This document shows, in pieces, positions 8,736-19,348 of a stretch of DNA of 36,551 bases (its first letter is position 1; each line of letters begins with the position of its first letter). The notes under the pieces are model-generated. The model saw only the letters and a program-made list of their open reading frames with translations, made no database searches and had not been told where the DNA came from. The DNA comes from Escherichia coli (GTDB taxonomy: Bacteria; Pseudomonadota; Gammaproteobacteria; Enterobacterales; Enterobacteriaceae), in assembly GCF_003334765.1 (NCBI RefSeq), contig NZ_QOWT01000037.1. One strand, 5' to 3'. The position numbers and the translations under genes were made by a program.

Positions 8736-9338
8736 ATGAAGAATAAGGCTGATAACAAAAAAAGGAACTTCCTGACCCATAGTGAAATCGAATCACTCCT
8801 TAAAGCAGCAAATACCGGGCCTCATGCAGCACGTAATTATTGTCTGACTTTGCTTTGTTTTATTCATGGTTTCCGGGCGAGTGAAATTTGTCGATTGAGG
8901 ATTTCGGATATTGATCTTAAGGCAAAGTGTATCTATATCCATCGATTAAAAAAAGGCTTTTCAACAACGCACCCGCTATTGAACAAAGAAGTTCAGGCTT
9001 TAAAAAACTGGTTGAGTATCCGTACTTCGTACCCGCATGCTGAGAGCGAATGGGTATTTTTATCGCGTAAGGGGAATCCGCTTTCTCGGCAACAGTTTTA
9101 CCATATTATCTCGACTTCCGGTGGTAATGCCGGGTTGTCACTGGAGATTCATCCGCACATGTTACGCCATTCGTGTGGTTTTGCTTTGGCGAATATGGGA
9201 ATAGATACGCGACTTATCCAGGATTATCTTGGGCATCGCAATATTCGTCATACTGTCTGGTATACCGCCAGCAATGCAGGGCGTTTTTACGGCATCTGGG
9301 ATAGGGCCAGAGGACGACAGCGTCACGCTGTTTTATAG
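8736..9338 (+). CDS. fimB: type 1 fimbriae switch recombinase FimB (tyrosine recombinase, ON<->OFF)
   Basis: 200-aa ORF MKNKADNKKRNFLTHSEIESLLKAANTG... with C-terminal RHSCGF...LGHRNIRHTVWYT recombinase motifs. Confidence 0.95.
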   Translation: MKNKADNKKRNFLTHSEIESLLKAANTGPHAARNYCLTLLCFIHGFRASEICRLRISDIDLKAKCIYIHRLKKGFSTTHPLLNKEVQALKNWLSIRTSYPHAESEWVFLSRKGNPLSRQQFYHIISTSGGNAGLSLEIHPHMLRHSCGFALANMGIDTRLIQDYLGHRNIRHTVWYTASNAGRFYGIWDRARGRQRHAVL

Positions 9339-9814
9339 AGATAGTTGAGATACCAGGGATGGTGTTAAAAACTACATTATTCTTACGATATATCAAAAAT
9401 GATTAACCATTTATTAATTGATGTTATTGTAAGTGTGATTCTTAATTATAATAATAAACATTAAGTTAACCATATCCATACAAAATACAATGGTTTATGT
9501 TCTTCAAAATAAATAAACAAAATCATTCATAAATTTACACATCACTTAAATTCATCTGTTTTCACATTTTTTCTTTATTTTTTAAGCAACTGGAAGTTAA
9601 TCCACTGCAATCTATTGTTATATTGAATCAAATCAATGAAAATAGATGTTATCACATCAGTGATATTTTATTTTTGTATGATATTTAATGTAATTGACTG
9701 ATAGCCACATCACTTCGTGTGTGGTTATCTTTTTATCTATTGGGCTAATTTTGACCGATTGAGGTTTCCTATAGGTATTCATTCAAATATATCTCAGTCA
9801 GGAGTACTACTATT

Positions 9815-10411
9815 GTGAGTAAACGTCGTTATCTTACCGGTAAAGAAGTTCAGGCCATGATGCAGGCGGTTTGTTACGGGGCAACGGGAGCCAGAGATTA
9901 TTGTCTTATTCTGTTGGCATATCGGCATGGGATGCGTATTAGTGAACTGCTTGATCTGCATTATCAGGACCTTGACCTTAATGAAGGTCGAATAAATATT
10001 CGCCGACTGAAGAACGGATTTTCTACCGTTCACCCGTTACGTTTTGATGAGCGTGAAGCCGTGGAACGCTGGACCCAGGAACGTGCTAACTGGAAAGGCG
10101 CTGACCGGACCGACGCTATATTTATTTCTCGCCGCGGGAGTCGGCTTTCTCGCCAGCAGGCCTATCGCATTATTCGCGATGCCGGTATTGAAGCTGGAAC
10201 CGTAACGCAGACTCATCCTCATATGTTAAGGCATGCTTGCGGTTATGAACTGGCGGAGCGTGGTGCAGATACCCGTTTAATTCAGGATTATCTCGGGCAT
10301 CGAAATATTCGCCATACTGTGCGTTATACCGCCAGTAATGCTGCTCGTTTTGCCGGATTATGGGAAAGAAATAATCTTATAAACGAAAAATTAAAAAGAG
10401 AAGAGGTTTAA
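9815..10411 (+). CDS. fimE: type 1 fimbriae switch recombinase FimE (ON->OFF biased)
   Basis: 198-aa ORF (V)SKRRYLTGKEVQAMMQAV... with GTG start at 9815; paralogous to FimB. Confidence 0.95.
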   Translation: MSKRRYLTGKEVQAMMQAVCYGATGARDYCLILLAYRHGMRISELLDLHYQDLDLNEGRINIRRLKNGFSTVHPLRFDEREAVERWTQERANWKGADRTDAIFISRRGSRLSRQQAYRIIRDAGIEAGTVTQTHPHMLRHACGYELAERGADTRLIQDYLGHRNIRHTVRYTASNAARFAGLWERNNLINEKLKREEV

Positions 10412-10458
10412 TTTAACTTATTGATAGTAAAGGTAAAAAACAAATAAATACAAGACAA

Positions 10459-10772
10459 TTGGGGCCAAAACTGTCCATATCATAAATAAGTTACGTATTT
10501 TTCTCAAGCATAAAAATATTATAAAACGACAAAAAGCATCTAACTGTTTGATATGTAAATCATTTCTCTTGTAAATTAATTTCACATCACCTCCGCTAAA
10601 TGTAAAGCTAACGTTTCTGTGTCTCGAAGCAACTTCCTCATTCTTCTCTCCAAAAACCACCTCATGCAATATAAAAATCTATAAATAAAGATAACAATAG
10701 AATATAAAGCCAACAAATAAACTGAAAAAGTTTGTGCGCGATGCTTTCCTCTATGAGTCAAAATGGCCCCAA
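10459..10772. promoter_or_regulatory. fimS: fimS invertible phase-variation element (314 bp) flanked by 9-bp inverted repeats; phase-OFF as sequenced
   Basis: TTGGGGCCA at 10459-10467 and its reverse complement TGGCCCCAA at 10764-10772 lie exactly 314 bp apart, between fimE and fimA. Confidence 0.85.
10479..10507 (-). promoter_or_regulatory. fimA sigma-70 promoter inside fimS, oriented toward fimE
   Basis: On the minus strand: -35 TTGAGA (10507-10502), 17-bp spacer, -10 TATGAT (10484-10479), next to the fimE-proximal inverted repeat. No comparable promoter is seen on the plus strand near the fimA-proximal repeat. Confidence 0.6.
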
Positions 10773-10891
10773 ATGTTTCATCTTTTGGGGGGAAACTGTG
10801 CAGTGTTGGCAGTCAAACTCGTTGACAAAACAAAGTGTACGGAACGACTGCCCATGTCGATTTAGAAATAGTTTTTTGAAAGGAAAGCAGT

Positions 10892-11446
10892 ATGAAAATT
10901 AAAACTCTGGCAATTGTTGTTCTGTCGGCTCTGTCCCTGAGTTCTACAGCGGCTCTGGCTGAAACTACACCCACGACGGTAAATGGTGGGACCGTTCACT
11001 TTAAAGGGGAAGTTGTTAACGCCGCTTGCGCAGTTGATGCAGGCTCTGTTGATCAAACCGTTCAGTTGGGCCAGGTTCGTACCGCTAGTCTGAAGCAGAC
11101 TGGAGCAACCAGCTCTGCTGTCGGTTTTAACATTCAGCTGAATGATTGCGATACCAGTGTTGCCACAAAAGCCGCTGTTGCCTTCTTGGGGACTGCGATT
11201 GACAGTGCTCATCCTAAAGTACTGGCTCTGCAGAGTTCAGCTGCGGGTAGCGCAACAAATGTTGGTGTGCAGATACTGGACAGAACAGGAAATGAGCTGA
11301 CGCTGGACGGTGCGACATTTAGTGCACAAACAACCCTGAATAACGGTACCAACACCATTCCGTTCCAGGCGCGTTATTATGCAATCGGCGAGGCAACCCC
11401 GGGTGCTGCTAATGCGGATGCGACCTTCAAGGTTCAGTATCAATAA
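10892..11446 (+). CDS. fimA: type 1 fimbrial major subunit (pilin)
   Basis: 184-aa ORF with signal peptide [23 protein letters not shown] and C-terminal ...ATFKVQYQ; aggaaag upstream. Confidence 0.95.
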
Positions 11447-11510
11447 CCTACCCAGGTTCAGGGACGTCATTACGGGCAGAGATGCCCACCCTTGTGCGAT
11501 AAAAATAACG

Positions 11511-12050
11511 ATGAAAAGGAAGAGATTATTTCTATTAGCGTCGTTGCTGCCAATGTTTGCTCTGGCCGGAAATAAATGGAACACCACGCTGCCCGGCGGA
11601 AATATGCAATTTCAGGGCGTCATTATTGCGGAAACTTGCCGGATTGAAGCCGGTGATAAACAAATGACGGTCAATATGGGGCAAATCAGCAGTAACCGGT
11701 TTCATGCGGTAGGGGAAGATAGCGCACCGGTGCCTTTTGTTATTCATTTACGGGAATGTAGCACGGTGGTGAGTGAACGTGTGGGTGTGGCGTTTCACGG
11801 TGTCGCGGATGGTAAAAATCCAGATGTGCTTTCCGTGGGAGAGGGGCCAGGGATAGCCACCAATATTGGCGTAGCGTTGTTTGATGATGAAGGAAACCTC
11901 GTACCGATTAATCGTCCTCCAGCAAACTGGAAACGGCTTTACTCAGGCTCTACTTCGCTACATTTCATCGCCAAATATCGTGCTACCGGGCGTCGGGTTA
12001 CTGGCGGCATCGCCAATGCCCAGGCCTGGTTCTCTTTAACCTATCAGTAA
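11511..12050 (+). CDS. fimI: type 1 fimbrial protein FimI
   Basis: ORF 11379..12050; start placed at ATG 11511 ([19 protein letters not shown]...) for 179 aa; the longer ORF would overlap the fimA 3' end. Confidence 0.85.
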
Positions 12051-12086
12051 TTGTTCAGCAGATAATGTGATAACAGGAACAGGACA

Positions 12087-12812
12087 GTGAGTAATAAAAA
12101 CGTCAATGTAAGGAAATCGCAGGAAATAACATTCTGCTTGCTGGCAGGTATCCTGATGTTCATGGCAATGATGGTTGCCGGACGCGCCGAAGCGGGAGTG
12201 GCCTTAGGTGCGACTCGCGTAATTTATCCGGCAGGGCAAAAACAAGTGCAACTTGCCGTGACAAATAATGATGAAAATAGCACCTATTTAATTCAATCAT
12301 GGGTGGAAAATGCCGATGGTGTAAAGGATGGTCGTTTTATCGTGACGCCACCTCTGTTTGCGATGAAGGGAAAAAAAGAGAATACCTTACGTATTCTTGA
12401 TGCAACAAATAACCAATTGCCACAGGATCGGGAAAGTTTATTCTGGATGAACGTTAAAGCGATTCCGTCAATGGATAAATCAAAATTGACTGAGAATACG
12501 CTACAGCTCGCAATTATCAGCCGCATTAAACTGTACTATCGCCCGGCTAAATTAGCGTTGCCACCCGATCAGGCCGCAGAAAAATTAAGATTTCGTCGTA
12601 GCGCGAATTCTCTGACTCTGATTAACCCGACACCCTATTACCTGACGGTAACAGAGTTGAATGCCGGAACCCGGGTTCTTGAAAATGCATTGGTGCCTCC
12701 AATGGGCGAAAGCACGGTTAAATTGCCTTCTGATGCAGGAAGCAATATTACTTACCGAACAATAAATGATTATGGCGCACTTACCCCCAAAATGACGGGC
12801 GTAATGGAATAA
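12087..12812 (+). CDS. fimC: periplasmic pilus chaperone
   Basis: 241-aa ORF with GTG start; PapD-like chaperone sequence (…GVALGATRVIYPAGQKQVQLAVTNND…). Confidence 0.95.
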   Translation: MSNKNVNVRKSQEITFCLLAGILMFMAMMVAGRAEAGVALGATRVIYPAGQKQVQLAVTNNDENSTYLIQSWVENADGVKDGRFIVTPPLFAMKGKKENTLRILDATNNQLPQDRESLFWMNVKAIPSMDKSKLTENTLQLAIISRIKLYYRPAKLALPPDQAAEKLRFRRSANSLTLINPTPYYLTVTELNAGTRVLENALVPPMGESTVKLPSDAGSNITYRTINDYGALTPKMTGVME

Positions 12813-12878
12813 CGCAGGGGGAATTTTTCGCCTGAATAAAAAGAATTGACTGCCGGGTGATTTTAAACCGGAGGAATA

Positions 12879-15515
12879 ATGTCATATCTGAATTTAAGAC
12901 TTTACCAGCGAAACACACAATGCTTGCATATTCGTAAGCATCGTTTGGCTGGTTTTTTTGTCCGGCTCTTTGTCGCCTGTGCTTTTGCCGCACAGGCACC
13001 TTTGTCATCTGCCGAACTCTATTTTAATCCGCGCTTTTTAGCGGATGATCCCCAGGCTGTGGCCGATTTATCGCGTTTTGAAAATGGGCAAGAATTACCG
13101 CCAGGGACGTATCGTGTCGATATCTATTTGAATAATGGTTATATGGCAACGCGTGATGTCACATTTAATACGGGCGACAGTGAACAAGGGATTGTTCCCT
13201 GCCTGACACGCGCGCAACTTGCAAGTATGGAGCTGAATACGGCTTCTGTCTCCGGTATGAATCTGCTGGCGGATGATGCCTGCGTGCCATTAACCTCAAT
13301 GATCCATGACGCTACTGCGCATCTGGATGTTGGTCAGCAGCGACTCAACCTGACGATCCCTCAGGCATTTATGAGTAATCGCGCGCGTGGTTATATTCCT
13401 CCTGAGTTATGGGATCCTGGTATTAATGCCGGATTGCTCAATTATAATTTCAGCGGAAATAGTGTACAGAATCGGATTGGGGGTAACAGCCATTATGCAT
13501 ATTTAAACCTACAGAGTGGGTTAAATATTGGTGCGTGGCGTTTACGCGACAATACCACCTGGAGTTATAACAGTAGCGACAGTTCATCAGGTAGCAAAAA
13601 TAAATGGCAGCATATCAATACCTGGCTTGAGCGAGACATAATTCCGTTACGTTCCCGGCTGACGCTGGGTGATGGTTATACCCAGGGCGATATTTTCGAT
13701 GGTATTAACTTTCGCGGCGCACAATTGGCCTCAGATGACAATATGTTACCCGATAGCCAAAGAGGATTTGCTCCGGTGATCCACGGTATTGCTCGTGGTA
13801 CTGCACAGGTCACTATTAAACAAAATGGGTATGACATTTATAATAGTACGGTGCCGCCGGGGCCTTTTACCATCAACGATATCTATGCCGCAGGTAATAG
13901 TGGTGACTTGCAGGTAACGATTAAAGAGGCTGACGGCAGCACGCAGATCTTTACCGTACCCTATTCGTCAGTCCCGCTTTTGCAACGTGAAGGGCATACT
14001 CGTTATTCCATTACGGCAGGAGAATACCGTAGTGGAAATGCGCAGCAGGAAAAACCCCGCTTTTTCCAGAGTACATTACTCCACGGCCTTCCGGCTGGCT
14101 GGACAATATATGGTGGAACGCAACTGGCGGATCGTTATCGTGCGTTTAATTTCGGTATCGGGAAAAACATGGGGGCACTGGGCGCTCTGTCTGTGGATAT
14201 GACGCAGGCTAATTCCACACTTCCCGATGACAGTCAGCATGACGGACAATCGGTGCGTTTTCTCTATAACAAATCGCTCAATGAATCAGGCACGAATATT
14301 CAGTTAGTGGGTTACCGTTATTCGACCAGCGGATATTTTAATTTCGCTGATACAACATACAGTCGAATGAATGGCTACAACATCGAAACACAGGATGGTG
14401 TTATTCAGGTTAAGCCGAAATTCACCGACTATTACAATCTCGCTTATAACAAACGCGGGAAATTACAACTCACCGTTACTCAGCAACTCGGGCGCACATC
14501 AACACTGTATTTGAGTGGTAGCCATCAAACTTATTGGGGAACGAGTAATGTCGATGAGCAATTCCAGGCTGGTTTAAATACTGCATTCGAAGATATCAAC
14601 TGGACGCTCAGCTATAGCCTGACGAAAAACGCCTGGCAAAAAGGACGGGATCAGATGTTAGCGCTTAACGTCAATATTCCTTTCAGCCACTGGCTGCGTT
14701 CTGACAGTAAATCTCAGTGGCGACATGCCAGTGCCAGTTACAGCATGTCACACGATCTCAACGGTCGGATGACCAATCTGGTCGGTGTATACGGTACGTT
14801 GCTGGAAGACAACAACCTCAGCTATAGCGTGCAAACCGGTTACGCCGGGGGAGGTGATGGTAATAGCGGAAGTACAGGCTACGCCACGCTGAATTATCGC
14901 GGTGGTTACGGCAATGCCAACATCGGTTACAGCCATAGCGATGATATTAAGCAGCTCTATTACGGAGTCAGCGGTGGGGTACTGGCTCATGCCAATGGCG
15001 TAACGCTGGGGCAGCCGTTAAACGATACGGTGGTGCTTGTTAAAGCGCCTGGCGCAAAAGATGCAAAAGTCGAAAACCAGACGGGGGTGCGTACCGACTG
15101 GCGCGGTTATGCCGTGCTGCCTTATGCCACTGAATATCGGGAGAACAGAGTAGCGCTGGATACCAATACCCTGGCTGATAACGTCGATTTAGATAACGCG
15201 GTCGCTAACGTTGTTCCCACCCGTGGGGCGATCGTGCGAGCAGAGTTTAAAGCGCGCGTTGGGATAAAACTGCTCATGACGCTAACCCACAATAATAAGC
15301 CGCTGCCGTTTGGGGCGATGGTGACATCAGAGAGTAGCCAGAGTAGCGGCATTGTTGCGGATAATGGTCAGGTTTACCTCAGCGGAATGCCTTTAGCGGG
15401 AAAAGTTCAGGTGAAATGGGGAGAAGAGGAAAATGCTCACTGTGTCGCCAATTATCAACTGCCACCAGAGAGTCAGCAGCAGTTATTAACTCAGCTATCA
15501 GCTGAATGTCGTTAA
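12879..15515 (+). CDS. fimD: outer-membrane fimbrial usher
   Basis: 878-aa ORF; ggagg upstream; usher-family sequence in the expected position. Confidence 0.95.
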   Translation: MSYLNLRLYQRNTQCLHIRKHRLAGFFVRLFVACAFAAQAPLSSAELYFNPRFLADDPQAVADLSRFENGQELPPGTYRVDIYLNNGYMATRDVTFNTGDSEQGIVPCLTRAQLASMELNTASVSGMNLLADDACVPLTSMIHDATAHLDVGQQRLNLTIPQAFMSNRARGYIPPELWDPGINAGLLNYNFSGNSVQNRIGGNSHYAYLNLQSGLNIGAWRLRDNTTWSYNSSDSSSGSKNKWQHINTWLERDIIPLRSRLTLGDGYTQGDIFDGINFRGAQLASDDNMLPDSQRGFAPVIHGIARGTAQVTIKQNGYDIYNSTVPPGPFTINDIYAAGNSGDLQVTIKEADGSTQIFTVPYSSVPLLQREGHTRYSITAGEYRSGNAQQEKPRFFQSTLLHGLPAGWTIYGGTQLADRYRAFNFGIGKNMGALGALSVDMTQANSTLPDDSQHDGQSVRFLYNKSLNESGTNIQLVGYRYSTSGYFNFADTTYSRMNGYNIETQDGVIQVKPKFTDYYNLAYNKRGKLQLTVTQQLGRTSTLYLSGSHQTYWGTSNVDEQFQAGLNTAFEDINWTLSYSLTKNAWQKGRDQMLALNVNIPFSHWLRSDSKSQWRHASASYSMSHDLNGRMTNLVGVYGTLLEDNNLSYSVQTGYAGGGDGNSGSTGYATLNYRGGYGNANIGYSHSDDIKQLYYGVSGGVLAHANGVTLGQPLNDTVVLVKAPGAKDAKVENQTGVRTDWRGYAVLPYATEYRENRVALDTNTLADNVDLDNAVANVVPTRGAIVRAEFKARVGIKLLMTLTHNNKPLPFGAMVTSESSQSSGIVADNGQVYLSGMPLAGKVQVKWGEEENAHCVANYQLPPESQQQLLTQLSAECR

Positions 15516-15524
15516 GGGGGCGTG

Positions 15525-16055
15525 ATGAGAAACAAACCTTTTTATCTTCTGTGCGCTTTTTTGTGGCTGGCGGTAAGTCACGCTTTGGCTGCGGATAGCA
15601 CGATTACTATCCGCGGCTATGTCAGAGATAACGGCTGTAGTGTGGCCGCTGAATCAACCAATTTTACTGTTGATCTGATGGAAAACGCGGCGAAGCAATT
15701 TAACAACATTGGCGCGACGACTCCTGTCGTTCCATTTCGTATTTTGCTGTCACCCTGTGGTAATGCCGTTTCTGCCGTAAAAGTTGGGTTTACCGGTGTT
15801 GCAGATAGCCACAATGCCAACCTGCTTGCACTTGAAAATACGGTGTCAGCGGTTGCGGGACTGGGAATACAGCTTCTGAATGAGCAACAAAATCAGATAC
15901 CCATTAATGCCCCATCGTCCGCGATTTCGTGGACGACCCTGACGCCGGGTAAACCAAATACGCTGAATTTTTACGCCCGGCTAATGGCGACACAGGTGCC
16001 TGTCACTGCGGGGCATATCAATGCCACGGCTACCTTCACTCTTGAATATCAGTAA
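15525..16055 (+). CDS. fimF: type 1 fimbrial minor subunit (adaptor)
   Basis: ORF 15522..16055; ATG at 15525 (MRNKPFYLL...) gives 176 aa; pilin-like C-terminus ...TFTLEYQ. Confidence 0.9.
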   Translation: MRNKPFYLLCAFLWLAVSHALAADSTITIRGYVRDNGCSVAAESTNFTVDLMENAAKQFNNIGATTPVVPFRILLSPCGNAVSAVKVGFTGVADSHNANLLALENTVSAVAGLGIQLLNEQQNQIPINAPSSAISWTTLTPGKPNTLNFYARLMATQVPVTAGHINATATFTLEYQ

Positions 16056-16067
16056 CTGGAGAGGCTC

Positions 16068-16571
16068 ATGAAATGGTGCAAACGTGGGTATGTATTGGCG
16101 GCAATATTGGCGCTCGCAAGTGCGACGATACAGGCAGCCGATGTCACCATCACGGTGAACGGTAAGGTCGTCGCCAAACCGTGCACGGTTTCCACCACCA
16201 ATGCCACGGTAGATCTCGGCGATCTTTATTCTTTCAGTCTGATGTCTGCCGGGGCGGCATCGGCCTGGCATGATGTTGCGCTTGAGTTGACTAATTGTCC
16301 GGTGGGAACGTCGAGGGTCACTGCCAGCTTCAGCGGGGCAGCCGACAGTACCGGATATTATAAAAACCAGGGGACCGCGCAAAACATCCAGTTAGAGCTA
16401 CAGGATGACAGTGGCAACACATTGAATAGTGGCGCAACCAAAACAGTTCAGGTGGATGATTCCTCACAATCAGCGCACTTCCCGTTACAGGTCAGAGCAT
16501 TGACGGTAAATGGCGGAGCCACTCAGGGAACCATTCAGGCAGTGATTAGCATCACCTATACCTACAGCTGA
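16068..16571 (+). CDS. fimG: type 1 fimbrial minor subunit (adaptor)
   Basis: 167-aa ORF MKWCKRGYVLAAILALASATIQA... Confidence 0.95.
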   Translation: MKWCKRGYVLAAILALASATIQAADVTITVNGKVVAKPCTVSTTNATVDLGDLYSFSLMSAGAASAWHDVALELTNCPVGTSRVTASFSGAADSTGYYKNQGTAQNIQLELQDDSGNTLNSGATKTVQVDDSSQSAHFPLQVRALTVNGGATQGTIQAVISITYTYS

Positions 16572-16590
16572 AGCCGAAGAGATGATTGTA

Positions 16591-17493
16591 ATGAAACGAG
16601 TTATTAACCTGTTTGCTGTACTGCTGATGGGCTGGTCGGTAAATGCCTGGTCATTCGCCTGTAAAACCGCCAATGGCACCGCTATCCCTATTGGCGGTGG
16701 CAGCGCCAATGTTTATGTAAACCTTGCGCCCGCCGTGAATGTGGGGCAAAACCTGGTCGTGGATCTTTCGACGCAAATCTTTTGCCATAACGATTACCCG
16801 GAAACCATTACAGATTATGTCACACTGCAACGAGGCTCGGCTTATGGCGGCGTGTTATCTAATTTTTCCGGGACCGTAAAATATAGTGGCAGTAGCTATC
16901 CATTTCCGACCACCAGTGAAACGCCGCGGGTTGTTTATAATTCGAGAACGGATAAGCCGTGGCCGGTGGCGCTTTATTTGACGCCTGTGAGCAGTGCGGG
17001 CGGGGTGGTGATTAAAGCTGGCTCATTAATTGCCGTGCTTATTTTGCGACAGACCAACAACTATAACAGCGATGATTTCCAGTTTGTGTGGAATATTTAC
17101 GCCAATAATGATGTGGTGGTGCCCACTGGCGGCTGCGATGTTTCTGCTCGTGATGTCACCGTTACTCTGCCGGACTACCCTGGTTCAGTGCCGATTCCTC
17201 TTACCGTTTATTGTGCGAAAAGCCAAAACCTGGGGTATTACCTCTCCGGCACAACCGCAGATGCGGGCAACTCGATTTTCACCAATACCGCGTCGTTTTC
17301 ACCTGCACAGGGCGTCGGCGTACAGTTGACGCGCAACGGTACGATTATTCCAGCGAATAACACGGTATCGTTAGGAGCAGTAGGGACTTCGGCGGTAAGT
17401 CTGGGATTAACGGCAAATTACGCACGTACCGGAGGGCAGGTGACTGCAGGGAATGTGCAATCGATTATTGCCGTGACTTTTGTTTATCAATAA
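16591..17493 (+). CDS. fimH: type 1 fimbrial adhesin (mannose-binding lectin)
   Basis: ORF 16582..17493; ATG at 16591 (MKRVINLFAVLLMGWSVNAWS FACKTANGTAIPIGGG...) gives 300 aa. Confidence 0.95.
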   Translation: MKRVINLFAVLLMGWSVNAWSFACKTANGTAIPIGGGSANVYVNLAPAVNVGQNLVVDLSTQIFCHNDYPETITDYVTLQRGSAYGGVLSNFSGTVKYSGSSYPFPTTSETPRVVYNSRTDKPWPVALYLTPVSSAGGVVIKAGSLIAVLILRQTNNYNSDDFQFVWNIYANNDVVVPTGGCDVSARDVTVTLPDYPGSVPIPLTVYCAKSQNLGYYLSGTTADAGNSIFTNTASFSPAQGVGVQLTRNGTIIPANNTVSLGAVGTSAVSLGLTANYARTGGQVTAGNVQSIIAVTFVYQ

Positions 17494-17564
17494 AGAAATC
17501 ACAGGGCATTGCTAATGCAGGTACGCAATATTACCTGAAGCTAAAACCTGCACGTTAGCCCTTT

Positions 17565-17600
17565 GTAGGCCAGATAAGACGCGTCAGCGTCGCATCTGGC
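17565..17600. repeat. REP (repetitive extragenic palindromic) element
   Basis: gtaggccagataagacgcgtcagcgtcgcatctggc matches the REP consensus architecture (GCC[T/G]GATGCG...CGTCTTATC) in the fimH-gntP convergent gap. Confidence 0.7.
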
Positions 17601-17634
17601 ATAAACAAAGCGCACTTTACCGACAATCCGAACA

Positions 17635-17662
17635 GAGCCTGCCAATGGCAGGCTCAGGTGCT
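17635..17662. terminator. stem-loop between convergent fimH and gntP (possible terminator)
   Basis: gagcctgcc-aatg-gcaggctc hairpin, followed on the plus strand by aggtgctctttta; the U-tract is weak. Confidence 0.3.
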
Positions 17663-17665
17663 CTT

Positions 17666-19009
17666 TTACGCTACCATGCTAATAATCAGCACAATAATCA
17701 GCCCAACCACGGAGTTGACCAGCTCCAGCAGACCCCAGGTTTTCAACGTGTCTTTTACTGACAGGTCAAAGTAACCTTTGAACAACCAGAATGAGGCATC
17801 GTTAATGTGGGTGAGGGTGTTGGAACCCGCAGCCGTCGCCAGTACTAGCAGCGCCGGATTCACGCCAACCAGCTGACCAGTTGCTGGATCAAGGATTGCT
17901 GCACTGATAATCCCGGCGGCGGTCATCGCTGAAACCACACCCTGACCCGTCGCCAGACGAATCAGTACGGTGATCAGCCATGCCATGATGTAGGGCGAGA
18001 TATTGCCGTGGGACATCAGCATGCCGATGGTGTCGCCGATGCCGGTGTCGATGATGGTCTGCTTCAGCACGCCACCTGCACCGATGATCAGAATCACCAT
18101 TGCAATGCTTTTCACCGCGCTTTCAAAAGCGTTCATTACCCACTGCATATCGTGCCCGCGCGCGGTGCCAAAGAGTACGAATGCAACCACCATCGCAATA
18201 AACATTGCAATCGGCGAGGAACCGATAAAGTTAACCACTTCCCACGCAGGGGTATCTTTTACCAGCCAGATATTGGCGATGGTGGTAGAGATCATAATGA
18301 TCGCCGGGATCAACGGCACCAGAATCGAAACGCCGAAAGAGGGCAGATTATTCATATCTACCGGTTGATCTGCTTTCAGGAATGATGGCGTTGGGCGCTC
18401 AAGATTGCCGAGGAACTTCGGCAGGATCAGACCTGCGCAGATGACACTTGGGATCGTCACCAGTACGCCATAGATATAAACCATCCCCATATCCGCGCCA
18501 TAAGCATTCACCAGCGCCACCGGACCCGGCTGCGGTGGGAACAGTGAATGTGCGGTAGTGGCAGCTGCTACTGCCGGGATCGCCAGTTTCAGGAACGGAA
18601 TTTTAGCTTCGGCGGCAATAACAATAACCAGCGGTGCTAACATGATAAAGGCCACTTCATAGAACATCGCCAGACCGAAAATCAGGCCGATGATAATCAC
18701 CGACAGCTGTACATAACGCAGACCGAGACGTGCCAGCAGCGTATGCGCTATCTGGTGAGCCGCGCCGGAGTCGACCATCAATTTACCGATGACCGCACCG
18801 AACACCACGATGATAGCCAGTTCCCCCAGCGTGTTGCCGAAGCCCGCTTTCATGGTGTGCAGCAGCGACATCAAATCCATGCCCGCCAGCATCCCGACGG
18901 ACAGCGCCGCCACCAACAAGGCCACCATTGAATTGATTTTGAACTTCAAATTCAGTACCAGCATCAGACCAATGCCGAATACCACCCAGAGAATGTTAAG
19001 CACATGCAT
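17666..19009 (-). CDS. gntP: GntP-family permease (gluconate/fructuronate transporter)
   Basis: 447-aa polytopic membrane [38 protein letters not shown]... Confidence 0.95.
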
Positions 19010-19170
19010 AACGTTTTACCTTACCTGGTTGAACCGTTGTTATTTTGGGCGACATGTTATGTAAATTGGTCAACCATTGTTGCGATGAATGTCACATCCT
19101 CTGATCAATAACCATCGATTACCTTTTGCTGCAATTTGCAGCAACAACCAGGAGAGTGAAATTCTTGTGA

Positions 19171-19186
19171 TGTGGTTAACCAATTT
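19171..19186. promoter_or_regulatory. candidate UxuR/ExuR operator
   Basis: tgtGGTTAACCaattt contains the palindromic TGGTTAACCA core resembling the UxuR/ExuR consensus (AAATTGGTATACCAATTT), about 165 bp upstream of uxuA; TTGACA follows at 19198-19203. Confidence 0.5.
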
Positions 19187-19348
19187 CAGAATTCGGGTTG
19201 ACATGTCTTACCAAAAGGTAGAACTTATACGCCATCTCATCCGATGCAACGCCACGGCTGCGGTCTGGTTGTTCATCCGGATACCTAAACAACTCCAGGG
19301 TTCCGCGTCTCTTTGCTGTGGAACCCACTATGTGAAAGAGGAAAAATC

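Noticed and set aside
10412-10458. Alternative reading of fimS as phase-ON
   Set aside because: No credible -35/-10 pair was found on the plus strand near the fimA-proximal inverted repeat, whereas a near-consensus promoter faces fimE; OFF is the better-supported reading.
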